From positions 1-48,288 of the forward strand of contig JAZDEX010000039.1 in NCBI GenBank assembly GCA_043808405.1: a stretch of 48,288 nt of DNA, in the 5' to 3' direction. A program made the translations under genes and the position numbers. How positions within the stretch are numbered: position 1 is the first letter of the stretch; each line of letters starts with the position of its first letter. Positions 19,251 to 29,473 of the stretch are shown here, one piece after another. The notes beneath the pieces are model-generated. The model had not been told where the DNA came from. It worked only from the letters and a program-made list of their open reading frames with translations, and made no database searches. Origin of the DNA: Candidatus Omnitrophota bacterium. Its GTDB lineage: Bacteria > Omnitrophota > Gorgyraeia > Gygaellales > Profunditerraquicolaceae.

Positions 19251-20231
19251 ATGTTAAATAATAGAGTAGTAATTACGGGCTTAGGTATTGTTAGCCCAAA
19301 CGCAATAGGAAGAAGTGCTTTTTTTAAGGCGGTTATGGAAGGTGTTTCTGGAATTAAGTTAATTTCGCTCTTTGACACAGCAGAGTTTGAAGTGAAGCTT
19401 GCCGGTGAAGTTGCGGACTTTAAGCCGCAGGAAATTTTGGCTGGCAAGAGCCTGCGTAATTTAGATCGCAGCACTAAACTCTTGAGCTCTGCCGCAAAGC
19501 TCGGCTTAGATGATGCGCAGCTTTCTATCGATGATAATAATACGCGCGATACTGGGGTAGTTACCGGCTCGACTTTAGGCAGTTTAAAAAGTATTATGGA
19601 TTTTGATACTGATGCCTTAAAAGATGGAGCACGTTTTGTGAATCCGGCATTTTTTCCCAATACTGTAATTAATTCTCCGTCTAGCCAGGTTTCGATAATG
19701 TTTAATATCAAGGGTTTAAATATTACTATTTCAACCGGCTCGACTGCGGGGTTGGATGCGATTAATTACGCCGCGGACTTTATTAGATTGGGGCGTTTAA
19801 AATTCGCGCTTGCGGCAGGGGTAGAAGAGTTATGCCTACAGACTTTTGCTGGATTTTATAAATCGTCGTGCGTGGAAAAAAAGATTTTAGGCGAAGGGGC
19901 TTGTGTTTTTATTCTAGAGGATTTAGATATGGCGCGCTCGCGTGGGGCAAATATTTATGCTGAGGTTAAAGGGTATAGCCAGAATTTCGGTGAAGGTGGA
20001 TTAAGTAAATCCCAGGATAGAGCTTTAGAGAAATCTTCTTTGAGCAGTGAAGATATAGATGTGAATAATTATTCAATTGAGCTTTTGATCGGAAATTGTT
20101 TTAGCGCGATGAGCATTTTTGAGGCGGCCGCGGGAATAGTTAGGTTAAAAGAAAATGGTGGAAAGAATATTCTAGTTAGCGCTTCAAACTATGATGGTAG
20201 AAGTTCGAGCCTGGTGATTTCTAATGTTTAA
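19251..20231 (+). CDS. Catalytically inactive ketosynthase homologue (chain-length-factor-like)
   Basis: RVVITGLG, FPNTVINSP, GEGA; catalytic Cys position is Ser (STGSTAG), HGTGT absent, KxxxGH reads ELLIGN. Confidence 0.8.
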   Translation: MLNNRVVITGLGIVSPNAIGRSAFFKAVMEGVSGIKLISLFDTAEFEVKLAGEVADFKPQEILAGKSLRNLDRSTKLLSSAAKLGLDDAQLSIDDNNTRDTGVVTGSTLGSLKSIMDFDTDALKDGARFVNPAFFPNTVINSPSSQVSIMFNIKGLNITISTGSTAGLDAINYAADFIRLGRLKFALAAGVEELCLQTFAGFYKSSCVEKKILGEGACVFILEDLDMARSRGANIYAEVKGYSQNFGEGGLSKSQDRALEKSSLSSEDIDVNNYSIELLIGNCFSAMSIFEAAAGIVRLKENGGKNILVSASNYDGRSSSLVISNV

Positions 20232-20967
20232 AGATAAAATAGCGATAGTAAGCGGGGCGACGCGCGGGATAGGCCGGGCAATTGCATTGATGTTGGCGCA
20301 AAACGGCGCGGATGTTGTGTTTACCTATTTAAAAAGCGCTGAGGCTGCGGAGAGTTTAAAAAGTGAAATTGAAAAGTTAGGGCGCAGGTGTTTGGCTGTG
20401 CAGATGGATGCGGCAGATTTTGATCAGGCAAAGTTACTCATTGAGAAAACCAAAGAATTATTCGGCCGCTTAGATATTTTAGTTAACAACGCCGGGATTA
20501 CCAAGGATAAGGCATTGATGATGATGACTAAAGACGAGTGGCTCGAGGTTATTAATACGAATTTAGGCGGGGTATTTAATTTGACTAAGGGAGCGATTGT
20601 AACGTTTTTAAAGCAAAAAAGCGGGCAGATTATTAATATAACTTCGATTACCGGGATGATTGGCATGGCTCGGCAAACTAATTACGCTGCTTCTAAAGCT
20701 GGGATAATTGGTTTTACTAAGGCGTTGGCGAAAGAAGTTGCTCCTTATGGTATAAACGTTAATGCGGTGGCTCCGGGGTTTATTGAAACTGACATGGTGG
20801 CTGGATTAAAAGAAGAATATTTGGCCCAGATGAAAGAAAATATTCCTTTATCTAGATTGGGAAAACCCGAAGAGGTGGCGAATGCGGTTAAATTTTTGTT
20901 GAGTGAAGGAGCGCGTTATATTACCGGGCAGGTTATTGTGGTGGATGGCGGTTTATCGATAAAATAA
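20224..20967 (+). CDS. fabG: 3-oxoacyl-ACP reductase
   Basis: SGATRGIG, NNAGITKD, YAASKAG, VAPGFIETDM, VDGG. Confidence 0.93.
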   Translation: MFKDKIAIVSGATRGIGRAIALMLAQNGADVVFTYLKSAEAAESLKSEIEKLGRRCLAVQMDAADFDQAKLLIEKTKELFGRLDILVNNAGITKDKALMMMTKDEWLEVINTNLGGVFNLTKGAIVTFLKQKSGQIINITSITGMIGMARQTNYAASKAGIIGFTKALAKEVAPYGINVNAVAPGFIETDMVAGLKEEYLAQMKENIPLSRLGKPEEVANAVKFLLSEGARYITGQVIVVDGGLSIK

Positions 20968-20979
20968 AGAGGGAGATAA

Positions 20980-21234
20980 ATGGAAAATATTGAGAATGAA
21001 ATTAGGGATTTGATTGCCGGGATTATTGAGAAAAATCCGGAAGAAATAAAACCCGAATCTCGGTTTTTTGAGGATCTGGGCGTAGATTCAATGATGGCCT
21101 TAGAGATTCTGGCGGGGATTGAAAAAAAGTATAAGATTATGATTCCCGAGGATAAATTGCCTGAGATAAGGACGCTAGCTGCGACAATTGCAATCGCTAG
21201 AGAATATTTAGCTAAAAAAGAGACGAATGCTTAA
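20980..21234 (+). CDS. Acyl carrier protein
   Basis: 84 aa, acidic, EDLGVDSMMALEI phosphopantetheine site. Confidence 0.9.
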   Translation: MENIENEIRDLIAGIIEKNPEEIKPESRFFEDLGVDSMMALEILAGIEKKYKIMIPEDKLPEIRTLAATIAIAREYLAKKETNA

Positions 21235-21655
21235 TATAGAAGAAATTTATAAAATATTGCCGCAAAGATACCCGTTTGTGATGATTGACCGGGTGGTGAG
21301 CTTAGAACCGGGTAAAAAAATTACGGCAATAAAAAATGTAAGTTATAATGAATGGTTTTTCCAAGGGCATTTTCCTGAGCAGCCGATTCTCCCCGGGGTT
21401 TTAATTATTGAAGCTTTTGCCCAGGCTGCAATAATTCTTTTTGCTGCGGAAAAAACCATCGAATCTGATAAAAAATTGACTTATTATTTGGGCAATACTA
21501 AGGTAAGATTTCTGCAACCGGTTACTCCGGGCGACCAATTGATAATAACTATTGAGCCATTAAAGGTTGTAGCGCATGCGGCGATAGTTAAGGCCCAGGC
21601 AAAGGTGAAAGAGTTGCTAGTCGCCGAAGGCGAAATAGGTTTTGTGGCGAAATGA
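21227..21655 (+). CDS. fabZ: 3-hydroxyacyl-ACP dehydratase
   Basis: LPQRYPFVMIDRV, FFQGHFP, PGVLIIEAFAQ, VTPGDQL. Confidence 0.9.
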   Translation: MLNIEEIYKILPQRYPFVMIDRVVSLEPGKKITAIKNVSYNEWFFQGHFPEQPILPGVLIIEAFAQAAIILFAAEKTIESDKKLTYYLGNTKVRFLQPVTPGDQLIITIEPLKVVAHAAIVKAQAKVKELLVAEGEIGFVAK

Positions 21656-22887
21656 CGAGGCGCGTTGTTGTTACGGGGCTGGGGGTTGTTTCTTCTATTG
21701 GAATCGGTAAAGATGATTTCTGGCCAAATCTAATTGCCGGGAAATCCGGAATTTCGGCTATCACTTCTTTTAACACCTCAGAATTTTCTACTCACAACGG
21801 CGGGGAAATAAAGAATTTAGATCACCGTATTTTTCTGGATAAATCTAGCGGCCAGAAAATTGGGCGCGCTTCTTGCCTTGCTATTGGCGCAGCGAAGCTT
21901 GGGGTCAAAGATGCCGGATTAGATTTAGAAAAGCTAGATAAAGATAGGATTGGTGTTTGTGTAGGCACGACCATGGGCGAGTCACAAGTGGTTGAAGAGA
22001 TAAATTTAGCTTGGGTCTTTAAGGGGTTAGATGCGATAGACGTAGAGTTGATACCTAAATATCCGGCGAATGTTTTAGCGGCGAATGTGGCTAAAGAATT
22101 AGATTTGTCCGGGCCTAATATGGTTATCCCTAATGCTTGTGCCGCGGGAAATTATGCTATAGGATGGGCTTATGATTTAATCCGCTCAGGCGACGCGGAT
22201 TTTATGTTTGCCGGCGGCACAGATGCTTTTTCTAAAATTGCTTTTATTGGATTTAATCGTTTACTTGCAGTTGCCCCGCAAATATGCCAGCCGTTTGATA
22301 AAAATAGGCGGGGCATGATGGTTGGTGAAGGCGCAGGTATTTTGGTTTTAGAATCCTACGATAGCGCTTTAAAAAGAGGCGCGCAAATTTATGCTGAAGT
22401 TTTAGGATATGGCTTAAGCTGTGATGCGCATCATATGACTGCGCCGCAAGCCGAAGGGATTAAAGAGGCAATTGAGAAGTCTTTGAAATTTAGCGGAATT
22501 TCCCCCGAGGATGTTAGTTATTTAAATGCGCATGGCACTGGTACTGCGGCTAATGATAGAGAAGAGTGTGCGGCAATAAAAAAAGTTTTTGGCGAGCGAT
22601 ATAAAAAATTACCAGTGAGTTCTATTAAGTCTATGCTTGGGCATACTATGGGGGCGGCTTCGGCGATTGAAGCAATTGCTTGCTGTCTGGCAATAAAAAA
22701 TAATATTATTCCGCCCACAATTAATTATGAAACGCCGAACCCGGATTGCGATATTGATTGTGTCCCAAATGTAGCGCGTAAAATAAAAGTTAATATTGCT
22801 TTAAATAGCTCATCGGCTTTTGGCGGGAATAACGCCTGTTTGGTCTTAAAGAAAGTAAATGATGGAAAACAATTCTCAAAAATATAA
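21652..22887 (+). CDS. fabF: Beta-ketoacyl-ACP synthase (FabF-type, active)
   Basis: Cys-His-His triad intact: NACAAG, NAHGTGT, KSMLGHT; AFGGNNA. Confidence 0.88.
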   Translation: MTRRVVVTGLGVVSSIGIGKDDFWPNLIAGKSGISAITSFNTSEFSTHNGGEIKNLDHRIFLDKSSGQKIGRASCLAIGAAKLGVKDAGLDLEKLDKDRIGVCVGTTMGESQVVEEINLAWVFKGLDAIDVELIPKYPANVLAANVAKELDLSGPNMVIPNACAAGNYAIGWAYDLIRSGDADFMFAGGTDAFSKIAFIGFNRLLAVAPQICQPFDKNRRGMMVGEGAGILVLESYDSALKRGAQIYAEVLGYGLSCDAHHMTAPQAEGIKEAIEKSLKFSGISPEDVSYLNAHGTGTAANDREECAAIKKVFGERYKKLPVSSIKSMLGHTMGAASAIEAIACCLAIKNNIIPPTINYETPNPDCDIDCVPNVARKIKVNIALNSSSAFGGNNACLVLKKVNDGKQFSKI

Positions 22888-23695
22888 TTTTTTACTTGAG
22901 GGGACAAATAAAAGAGGCGTGCTTTTGATTCATGGGATTACCGGCACGCCTTCGGAGATGAATTTTCTAGGTAGAAAATTAAATAAAGCCGGCTTTACGG
23001 TTATGTGTAATACTTTGCCGCGGCATTGCGCAAGCTTAGGGGAATTAAAAAAAGTTACTTGGGAAGAAATTGCAGATTTTTGCGCCCAGGATTTGATACG
23101 TTTACAAGAAAAGTGTCCAGAAGTATTTGTGGGCGGGCTTTCCATGGGCGCTTTGATGGCGATTCATTTGGCTTACAAATCGCCTCAAGATGTGAAAGGC
23201 ATTATTGCCCTTGCCCCGACATTATTTTATGATGGCTGGGCTCTGTCTAAGGGTAAGGTTTTGCTGGATTTAGCTTGGGCTGTCCCTTTATTGCGAAATA
23301 ATATTAATATTCGTGAGAGTCCGCCCTATGGCCTAAAAGACGAATATATGCGCCGGCATATCGAAAGATTTTATAAAGGCGCTAAGTCTAGCGAATTTGA
23401 TGATAAAGTGGTGATGTTTGGCAGCCCGTTTTTTCCTTTAGCCTGCCTTTATCAGCACCAGCTTTTTGTGAAAGTGGTGAAAAAAGAAATTCCATTTGTG
23501 AAAACCCCGGTTCTTCTGTTACATGCCAAAGAAGATGACATGGCCAGCCCCAAGAATTCTCTATATGTATTAAATAATATCGCCTCCCGGGATAAAATTT
23601 TAATTATGCTCGAAAATAGTTATCACATGATTACTATCGACCAGGAAAAAGAAAAAGTTGTCCAAGAGGTTATCAAGTTTTTAAATAAATTCTGA
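22859..23695 (+). CDS. Alpha/beta hydrolase (carboxylesterase/thioesterase-like)
   Basis: LIHGITG, GLSMG nucleophile, EDD, SYHMIT. Confidence 0.85.
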   Translation: MMENNSQKYNFLLEGTNKRGVLLIHGITGTPSEMNFLGRKLNKAGFTVMCNTLPRHCASLGELKKVTWEEIADFCAQDLIRLQEKCPEVFVGGLSMGALMAIHLAYKSPQDVKGIIALAPTLFYDGWALSKGKVLLDLAWAVPLLRNNINIRESPPYGLKDEYMRRHIERFYKGAKSSEFDDKVVMFGSPFFPLACLYQHQLFVKVVKKEIPFVKTPVLLLHAKEDDMASPKNSLYVLNNIASRDKILIMLENSYHMITIDQEKEKVVQEVIKFLNKF

Positions 23696-23699
23696 AATT

Positions 23700-25196
23700 A
23701 TGGATTACGACGCAATTATTATTGGCGCAGGTATTGGAGGATTAACCGCGGCTTTCCGGCTTTCGGAAGCAGGCAAAAAAGTTTTACTTCTGGAGAAACA
23801 GCTTGTGCCCGGCGGTTTTGCTACTGTTTTTAAAAGAAAAGGATTTACTTTCGAATCTAGCGTTCATTGCGTTGATGGTTTGGGCAAAGGCGGTGATATT
23901 AGGAATTTTCTTGAGAGTTCTGGATTAGATAAAAAAGTAGAGCTTATTGAGTTAGATAATTTTGCCCGGGTAATTTATCCGGAGCATGATTTTGTATTGG
24001 ATTTCGAGCCGGAGCATTTTATTGAATATCTAAAAAATCAGTTTCCTCAAGATAAAAAAGGCATAATCCTCCTTTTTTCGATAATAGACAAATTCTATGC
24101 AGAATTTTATCATTACGCATATTCAAAAATTCCTGAATGGCTGAAGATGGCATTAACGCCATTTATTTATCCGCATATATTGGAGTTTTCCGGAATTACT
24201 GTGCAGGACTTTTTGGAAAAACATATTAAAGACGAGAAATGCATTACTTTGATTACAGATATATGGCGTTTTGCGGGTTTGCCGCCAGAGAGGCTGTCTC
24301 TTTTTTATTTTCTTTTGATTTTTAAAGGCTATTATTATGAGCGTACTGCGTATGTTAAAGGCGGATTTGCTAAGTTATTTGAAGCGATGGCTAATAAAAT
24401 TAAAGAAAATGGTTCAGAGGTTAGATTTGATATTAAGGCCGAGAAAATAATTTCTAAAGAGGGAAGAGTTCAGGCGGTTATAACGGATAAAGGCGAGAGG
24501 ATTAACGCCAAAGTAGTAATATCGAATGGCAATGCTATTGATGCACTTACTAATCTGATAGATGATGATAAGTTAAAAATTGAATACAATACGCAGCTAT
24601 CGACTCTCGAGAAATCTATTTCTGCGGTCCAAGTTTATTTGGGGCTTAGTTGTCCGGCTAAAGAATTAGGGATGACGCACCATATTTTTTCGGTAAATAC
24701 AGCTTACAATCAAAATGGCCATTTTGAGCAATCTTTAGCCGGGGATTATGATAATTGTTCTTTGGAGTTAGTGGATCATTCTCAGATTGACCAAACTCTT
24801 GTCCCGCAAGGAAAGGGAAGCCTTTTAATTATGACTTTGGATAGTTATTTTAATTGGGATAAGTTAAGCGAGGCAGAATATAAGGTTAAGAAAGAAGAAT
24901 TGGCCGAGAAATTTATTAGCCGGGCGGAAAAATATTTACCTGGGCTTTCAAAATATGTTGAAGTGGTGGAGGTGGCTACTCCGTTGACTATCGAGCGTTA
25001 TGGCTCGTCGCCTGAAGGCGCGATATACGGTTTTGCGCAGACAGTTAAACAATCGGGAATAAACCGCCTGCCGCAAAAAACTAGAATTAAGGGGTTTTTT
25101 CTGGCCGGGGGTTGGACTTGGCCGGGCGCGGGGCTGCACCCCTGTTTTATTTCCGGGCTTACTAGCGCAGATTTAGCTTTGAAATTCCTTAAATGA
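23700..25196 (+). CDS. FAD-dependent phytoene desaturase/retinol saturase-family oxidoreductase
   Basis: IIIGAGIGGL, F.RKGFTFESSVH, ATPLTIERY...GAIYG, GWTWPGAG. Confidence 0.85.
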   Translation: MDYDAIIIGAGIGGLTAAFRLSEAGKKVLLLEKQLVPGGFATVFKRKGFTFESSVHCVDGLGKGGDIRNFLESSGLDKKVELIELDNFARVIYPEHDFVLDFEPEHFIEYLKNQFPQDKKGIILLFSIIDKFYAEFYHYAYSKIPEWLKMALTPFIYPHILEFSGITVQDFLEKHIKDEKCITLITDIWRFAGLPPERLSLFYFLLIFKGYYYERTAYVKGGFAKLFEAMANKIKENGSEVRFDIKAEKIISKEGRVQAVITDKGERINAKVVISNGNAIDALTNLIDDDKLKIEYNTQLSTLEKSISAVQVYLGLSCPAKELGMTHHIFSVNTAYNQNGHFEQSLAGDYDNCSLELVDHSQIDQTLVPQGKGSLLIMTLDSYFNWDKLSEAEYKVKKEELAEKFISRAEKYLPGLSKYVEVVEVATPLTIERYGSSPEGAIYGFAQTVKQSGINRLPQKTRIKGFFLAGGWTWPGAGLHPCFISGLTSADLALKFLK

Positions 25197-25256
25197 TGCT
25201 ATACTTTTGTTAAAGCGGTTAGAGAAGATCCCGCCGTAAAACCATTCGTTATAAAA

Positions 25257-26858
25257 ATGTCATATACAGTTTTTGCTTTGAAGTGGCGGCCGAATAATTT
25301 TGATGAAATCGTCGGCCAGAACCATATTGTTACTACTTTAAAAAACGCGGTTGGTAATAACCGCCTGGCGCATGCTTATATTTTTGCCGGGCCGCGTGGC
25401 GTGGGCAAGACTTCGACTGCTAGGATTTTAGCTAAGGCTTTGAATTGTAAAGATGGCCCGACGCTAAGCCCTTGTGGAAAATGCCCGGCTTGTGTTGATA
25501 TTGCCGCAGGGCGTAGTTTTGATGTGATTGAAATCGATGGCGCCTCCAATCGCGGTATTGATGAAATCCGCACTTTGCGCGAAAATGTAAAATTCCCGCC
25601 TACTAACGGTAAATTCAAGGTCTATATTATTGATGAAGTGCATATGTTGACTACTGAGGCTTTTAATGCCCTGCTTAAAACTTTAGAAGAGCCGCCGGAT
25701 TTTGTAAAATTTATTTTTGCCACTACACATGCGCATAAAGTGCCGCCGACGGTATTATCGCGCTGCCAGCGCCTTGATTTTAGGCGGATTCCGGTGGTTG
25801 AGATTATTAAGCAGCTTGAGCAAATTAGCGTTAAAGAAAAAATACAGATAGATAAAGAAGCCCTATTTACTATTGCCCGTTCAAGTGACGGGGCGTTGAG
25901 GGATGCGGAGTCGCTGCTCGATCAGCTATCGTCATTTGCTAAAGGGAAAATTTCTTTAGAAGATGTTATCGCGGTATTAGGGATTGTGGAGCAAGACGCG
26001 CTTTTTGAAATAACCAATAAAATGATGCAGAAAGATTCTAAAGGGGCGCTGGAATTATTTAACCGGGTTATTGATGAAGGTAAGGATATTGGAGTATTTT
26101 TAAGCAGCTTGATTGAGCATTTTCGTAATCTGATGGTGGCCAAAGTTTCAAGGGCGGATGTGAAATTGATTGATTTGCCGGCGGAGATTTGTGAAAAATT
26201 ATTGGCACAGTCGCGGATTTTAAGTTTAGAAGAAATATTTGCGGCTTTTAATATTTTAGTCAATGCCCAGGAAATGGCCAAAAGGCTTGAATCTTTGCGT
26301 ATTCCTCTAGAGATAGCATTGATTAAACTTTCACATGATAAAAAAGCCGCGGTAGTTATTCCGGCGCCGCCTGTTTCTAGTAAACCTGAATATCGCGAAC
26401 CGCCAAAATCACCTTTTGTTAAAGAAATAAAAGTAGAAAAAGAAATTAAGCCTATTGCGCAAGAGAGAAAGGTTGAGCCTATAATTGCTGCAGAAGATGA
26501 TGTGAACATAGCTACTACTTTAGACGCGGTAAAATCCGGATGGCAGGGGATTATTGATGCTGTATCGCGGGTTAAAATGTCGTTGGCTACTTATTTAAAT
26601 GAAGGTAGCCCTGTGGGCCTGGATAAAAATATAATTACAGTGGCGTTTCCGAAAAATTATGCTTTTCATAAGGAGTCGCTGGAGGTAAAAGACAATCGCG
26701 ATTTGATTGAAAAGATATTATGTGATTCTTTAAACGCCAATCTGCGCCTAAATTTTATTTTATCCCAAGAGGCAATACACAAAGAAACCGACGCAGAGCA
26801 CCCATTTATTAAATCCGCGATTGCCGCATTTGGCGGCAGGATTATTAAGAAAGAATAA
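25257..26858 (+). CDS. dnaX: DNA polymerase III subunit gamma/tau
   Basis: KWRPNNFDEIVGQ, GPRGVGKT, Zn cysteines, EIDGASNRG, IDEVHML, NALLKTLEEPP, SRC. Confidence 0.97.
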   Translation: MSYTVFALKWRPNNFDEIVGQNHIVTTLKNAVGNNRLAHAYIFAGPRGVGKTSTARILAKALNCKDGPTLSPCGKCPACVDIAAGRSFDVIEIDGASNRGIDEIRTLRENVKFPPTNGKFKVYIIDEVHMLTTEAFNALLKTLEEPPDFVKFIFATTHAHKVPPTVLSRCQRLDFRRIPVVEIIKQLEQISVKEKIQIDKEALFTIARSSDGALRDAESLLDQLSSFAKGKISLEDVIAVLGIVEQDALFEITNKMMQKDSKGALELFNRVIDEGKDIGVFLSSLIEHFRNLMVAKVSRADVKLIDLPAEICEKLLAQSRILSLEEIFAAFNILVNAQEMAKRLESLRIPLEIALIKLSHDKKAAVVIPAPPVSSKPEYREPPKSPFVKEIKVEKEIKPIAQERKVEPIIAAEDDVNIATTLDAVKSGWQGIIDAVSRVKMSLATYLNEGSPVGLDKNIITVAFPKNYAFHKESLEVKDNRDLIEKILCDSLNANLRLNFILSQEAIHKETDAEHPFIKSAIAAFGGRIIKKE

Positions 26859-27457
26859 TGTCAAATTATACTGAATCCATAGATAAATTAATTGAAAGAT
26901 TGGTTAAATTGCCTGGTATCGGCCGCAGAAGCGCTGAGCGCATGATTACCTATATTTTAAATGCCCCCCGCGACGATATAAAAAATCTAGCGGAGGCGAT
27001 TTTAAAGGTTAAAGAAAATGTGCATCTTTGCCGCATCTGTAATAATTTAAGCGAAGAGGAATTTTGTAAAATTTGTTCGGATGTGCGCCGGTATAAAGAC
27101 ATAGTTTGTGTCGTAGAAAAACCCAGTGATGTAATTGCTATAGAGAAAGCCGGAGGTTTCCAGGGCGTGTATCATGTCCTTTTAGGGTCAATATCTCCGC
27201 TTGAAGGTAAGGGCCCAACGGATTTAAAAATAAATGAATTGCTGGAGAGAATTAAAAAAGATAATATAAAAGAAATAATTATTGCGACCGACGCAGATAC
27301 TGAAGGCGAAACTACTGCAATGTATCTTACCAAATTAATTAAGCCGTTTGGTATACATATTAGCCGCATTGGCCTGGGCCTTCCTTTAGGTTCCAATGTA
27401 GAATATGCGGATTCAGCTACGCTTTCTATGGCATTAGAATCCCGCCGGACAATTTAA
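26858..27457 (+). CDS. recR: Recombination mediator RecR
   Basis: LPGIGRRSAER, C4 zinc finger, YHVLLG.ISP, EGETTA; TAATG overlap with dnaX. Confidence 0.96.
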   Translation: MSNYTESIDKLIERLVKLPGIGRRSAERMITYILNAPRDDIKNLAEAILKVKENVHLCRICNNLSEEEFCKICSDVRRYKDIVCVVEKPSDVIAIEKAGGFQGVYHVLLGSISPLEGKGPTDLKINELLERIKKDNIKEIIIATDADTEGETTAMYLTKLIKPFGIHISRIGLGLPLGSNVEYADSATLSMALESRRTI

Positions 27458-27463
27458 AATTCC

Positions 27464-29392
27464 ATGATTACCATAACCAATCTTTCGAAAAATTACGGTA
27501 AGAAGGTTTTATTTCAGGACATTTCTTTGACCATTAACCGCGGTGAAAGAATCGGCCTTATCGGCCCCAACGGCGCAGGGAAAACTACGCTTTTTTCTTT
27601 GATTCTAGGCGAACTTGAATCAACCTCAGGCGATGTGCAGGTACATAAAAATGTGCATATTGGCTATCTTGCGCAGGAATCAAGTTTCAAATCTGAGCAG
27701 ACGGTTTTAGGCGAATTGACTCAAGGCGACGAAAGAATTAGAAAGTTGTTAAAAATTAAAGAAGAGCTGGAGGCAAAAAATGATGCTGGCTCTAAGGGTT
27801 ATGGCGAGGCACTGCATAATTTAGAAATCTTGGGGTATTTTGAATTAGAGCATAAGGCTAAAGAAATATTAATGGGCTTAGGTTTTAAGGAAAAAGATTT
27901 CCATCGTTTAATTTCTCAAATGAGCGGCGGTTGGCAGATGCGCACGCTTTTGGCGAAACTCCTTACCTATCAATATGATTTGTTGCTCCTAGATGAGCCG
28001 ACAAATTATTTAGATTTAAACGCCGCGCTTTGGCTTAAAGATTATTTGGCGGGTTTTCGCGGCACATTTATTATGATTTCTCATGACCGGGCGTTTTTAA
28101 CCGATGTTACTAATTATACTTTAATTTTAGAAAATGGCCAGATTGCTAAGGTGCATGGTAATTACGAGCATTATGAGCAAATAAAGGCTGAAAGGCGGAT
28201 GCATTTAGAAAAACAATTTAAAGAGCAGGAGAAAAAGCGTGAACAGCTAGAAACTTTTGTTTCGCGTTTTCATGCTCAGCCCAATAAAGCCGCGGCAGTC
28301 AGGTCTAAGCGTACAGCTTTAGAGAGATTAGAAAAAGAGGCAGTGCAATTACCGCCGGACACACGTGAGAGTATTCACAATTTTCGTTTTCCGGCGACGC
28401 GCCGCAGCGGGCATAAGATCATGACCTTAGATAAGATTTCTAAATCTTACGGAGATATTGAAGTATATAAAAATCTAGATTTTGAGATTAATCAAGGTGA
28501 AAAAGCGGTTCTAGCTGGTGAAAATGGCGCGGGTAAGTCGACATTATTAAAAATGTTGGCCGGGGTGGTTAATATTGATAGCGGCAGCCGGGTTGTGGGG
28601 CATAATGTGGACGCGGGATATTTTTCTCAGACGCGTTTGGACGTATTAAATCCGGAAAATACGGTTTTGCGCGAAGCTTATACTGCCGCGCCCGGGTTTA
28701 TGTCAGAAGAAGTGATTCGTACAATCTTGGGCGCATTTTTATTTACCGGCGATGATGCGGATAAAAAAGTAAAAGTATTGTCTGGGGGTGAAAAAAGCCG
28801 TTTAATTTTGGCCAAGCTTCTTATTGATCCGCCGAATTTTTTGCTGCTGGATGAACCAACTACCCATTTGGATGTGGATGCGGTTGAGGCGTTAGGCCGG
28901 GCGCTTAATCAATACGAAGGGACGATTGTTTTTATTAGCCACGATATTTATTTTGTACGCTCGGTTGCCAATACAGTTTATGAAGTAAAAAGCGGGCATA
29001 TCCGTAAGTTTCCCGGGGCATTTGATTATTATTTAGAAAAAAAAGATGAGCCGGAATTTGTTGGTGAACAGAAAAAACTAAAAGCTGATCCGGCTAAGCA
29101 AAAACTAGAAGAAGATAAGTTTAAGGTAAAAGAAGAAGAAAAGCGGCGTAAAGAAGAAGAAAAACAACGTAAAAACCACAACGCCCAGGTTCGCGCTGAA
29201 ATTATAAAGCTTCAGAAGAAAAATGAAGCTTTAGAGTTGGAAAGTTACGCCAAATCGCGGGCATTGTCAGATCCGCGTATTTTTCGCGAGGAAGATACGG
29301 CAAAAGACTATGGCAGGCGCTTGAAAGAAATAGAAAAACTGGTTTTCGAGCTGAGTGTGGAGATAAAAAAGCTTGAGGAGCGGATTATTTAA
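27464..29392 (+). CDS. ABC-F family ATPase
   Basis: Two ABC domains (GPNGAGKT/MSGGW/LDEPTNYLD and GENGAGKS/LSGGE/LDEPTTHLD), no TM segments, C-terminal coiled coil. Confidence 0.93.
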   Translation: MITITNLSKNYGKKVLFQDISLTINRGERIGLIGPNGAGKTTLFSLILGELESTSGDVQVHKNVHIGYLAQESSFKSEQTVLGELTQGDERIRKLLKIKEELEAKNDAGSKGYGEALHNLEILGYFELEHKAKEILMGLGFKEKDFHRLISQMSGGWQMRTLLAKLLTYQYDLLLLDEPTNYLDLNAALWLKDYLAGFRGTFIMISHDRAFLTDVTNYTLILENGQIAKVHGNYEHYEQIKAERRMHLEKQFKEQEKKREQLETFVSRFHAQPNKAAAVRSKRTALERLEKEAVQLPPDTRESIHNFRFPATRRSGHKIMTLDKISKSYGDIEVYKNLDFEINQGEKAVLAGENGAGKSTLLKMLAGVVNIDSGSRVVGHNVDAGYFSQTRLDVLNPENTVLREAYTAAPGFMSEEVIRTILGAFLFTGDDADKKVKVLSGGEKSRLILAKLLIDPPNFLLLDEPTTHLDVDAVEALGRALNQYEGTIVFISHDIYFVRSVANTVYEVKSGHIRKFPGAFDYYLEKKDEPEFVGEQKKLKADPAKQKLEEDKFKVKEEEKRRKEEEKQRKNHNAQVRAEIIKLQKKNEALELESYAKSRALSDPRIFREEDTAKDYGRRLKEIEKLVFELSVEIKKLEERII

Positions 29393-29473
29393 CGCTTGAT
29401 TTAGCCTTTTTTTTCATATAAAATAAGTTCTACAATTTTGCATTTTTACTTTTGAATTTTAAATTTTCTTTAT

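Noticed and set aside
26337-26348. AAAAAAG in dnaX as an E. coli-type -1 frameshift site
   Set aside because: The position after domain III is suggestive, but the phase is GAT AAA AAA GCC rather than A AAA AAG, and I see no strong downstream hairpin.
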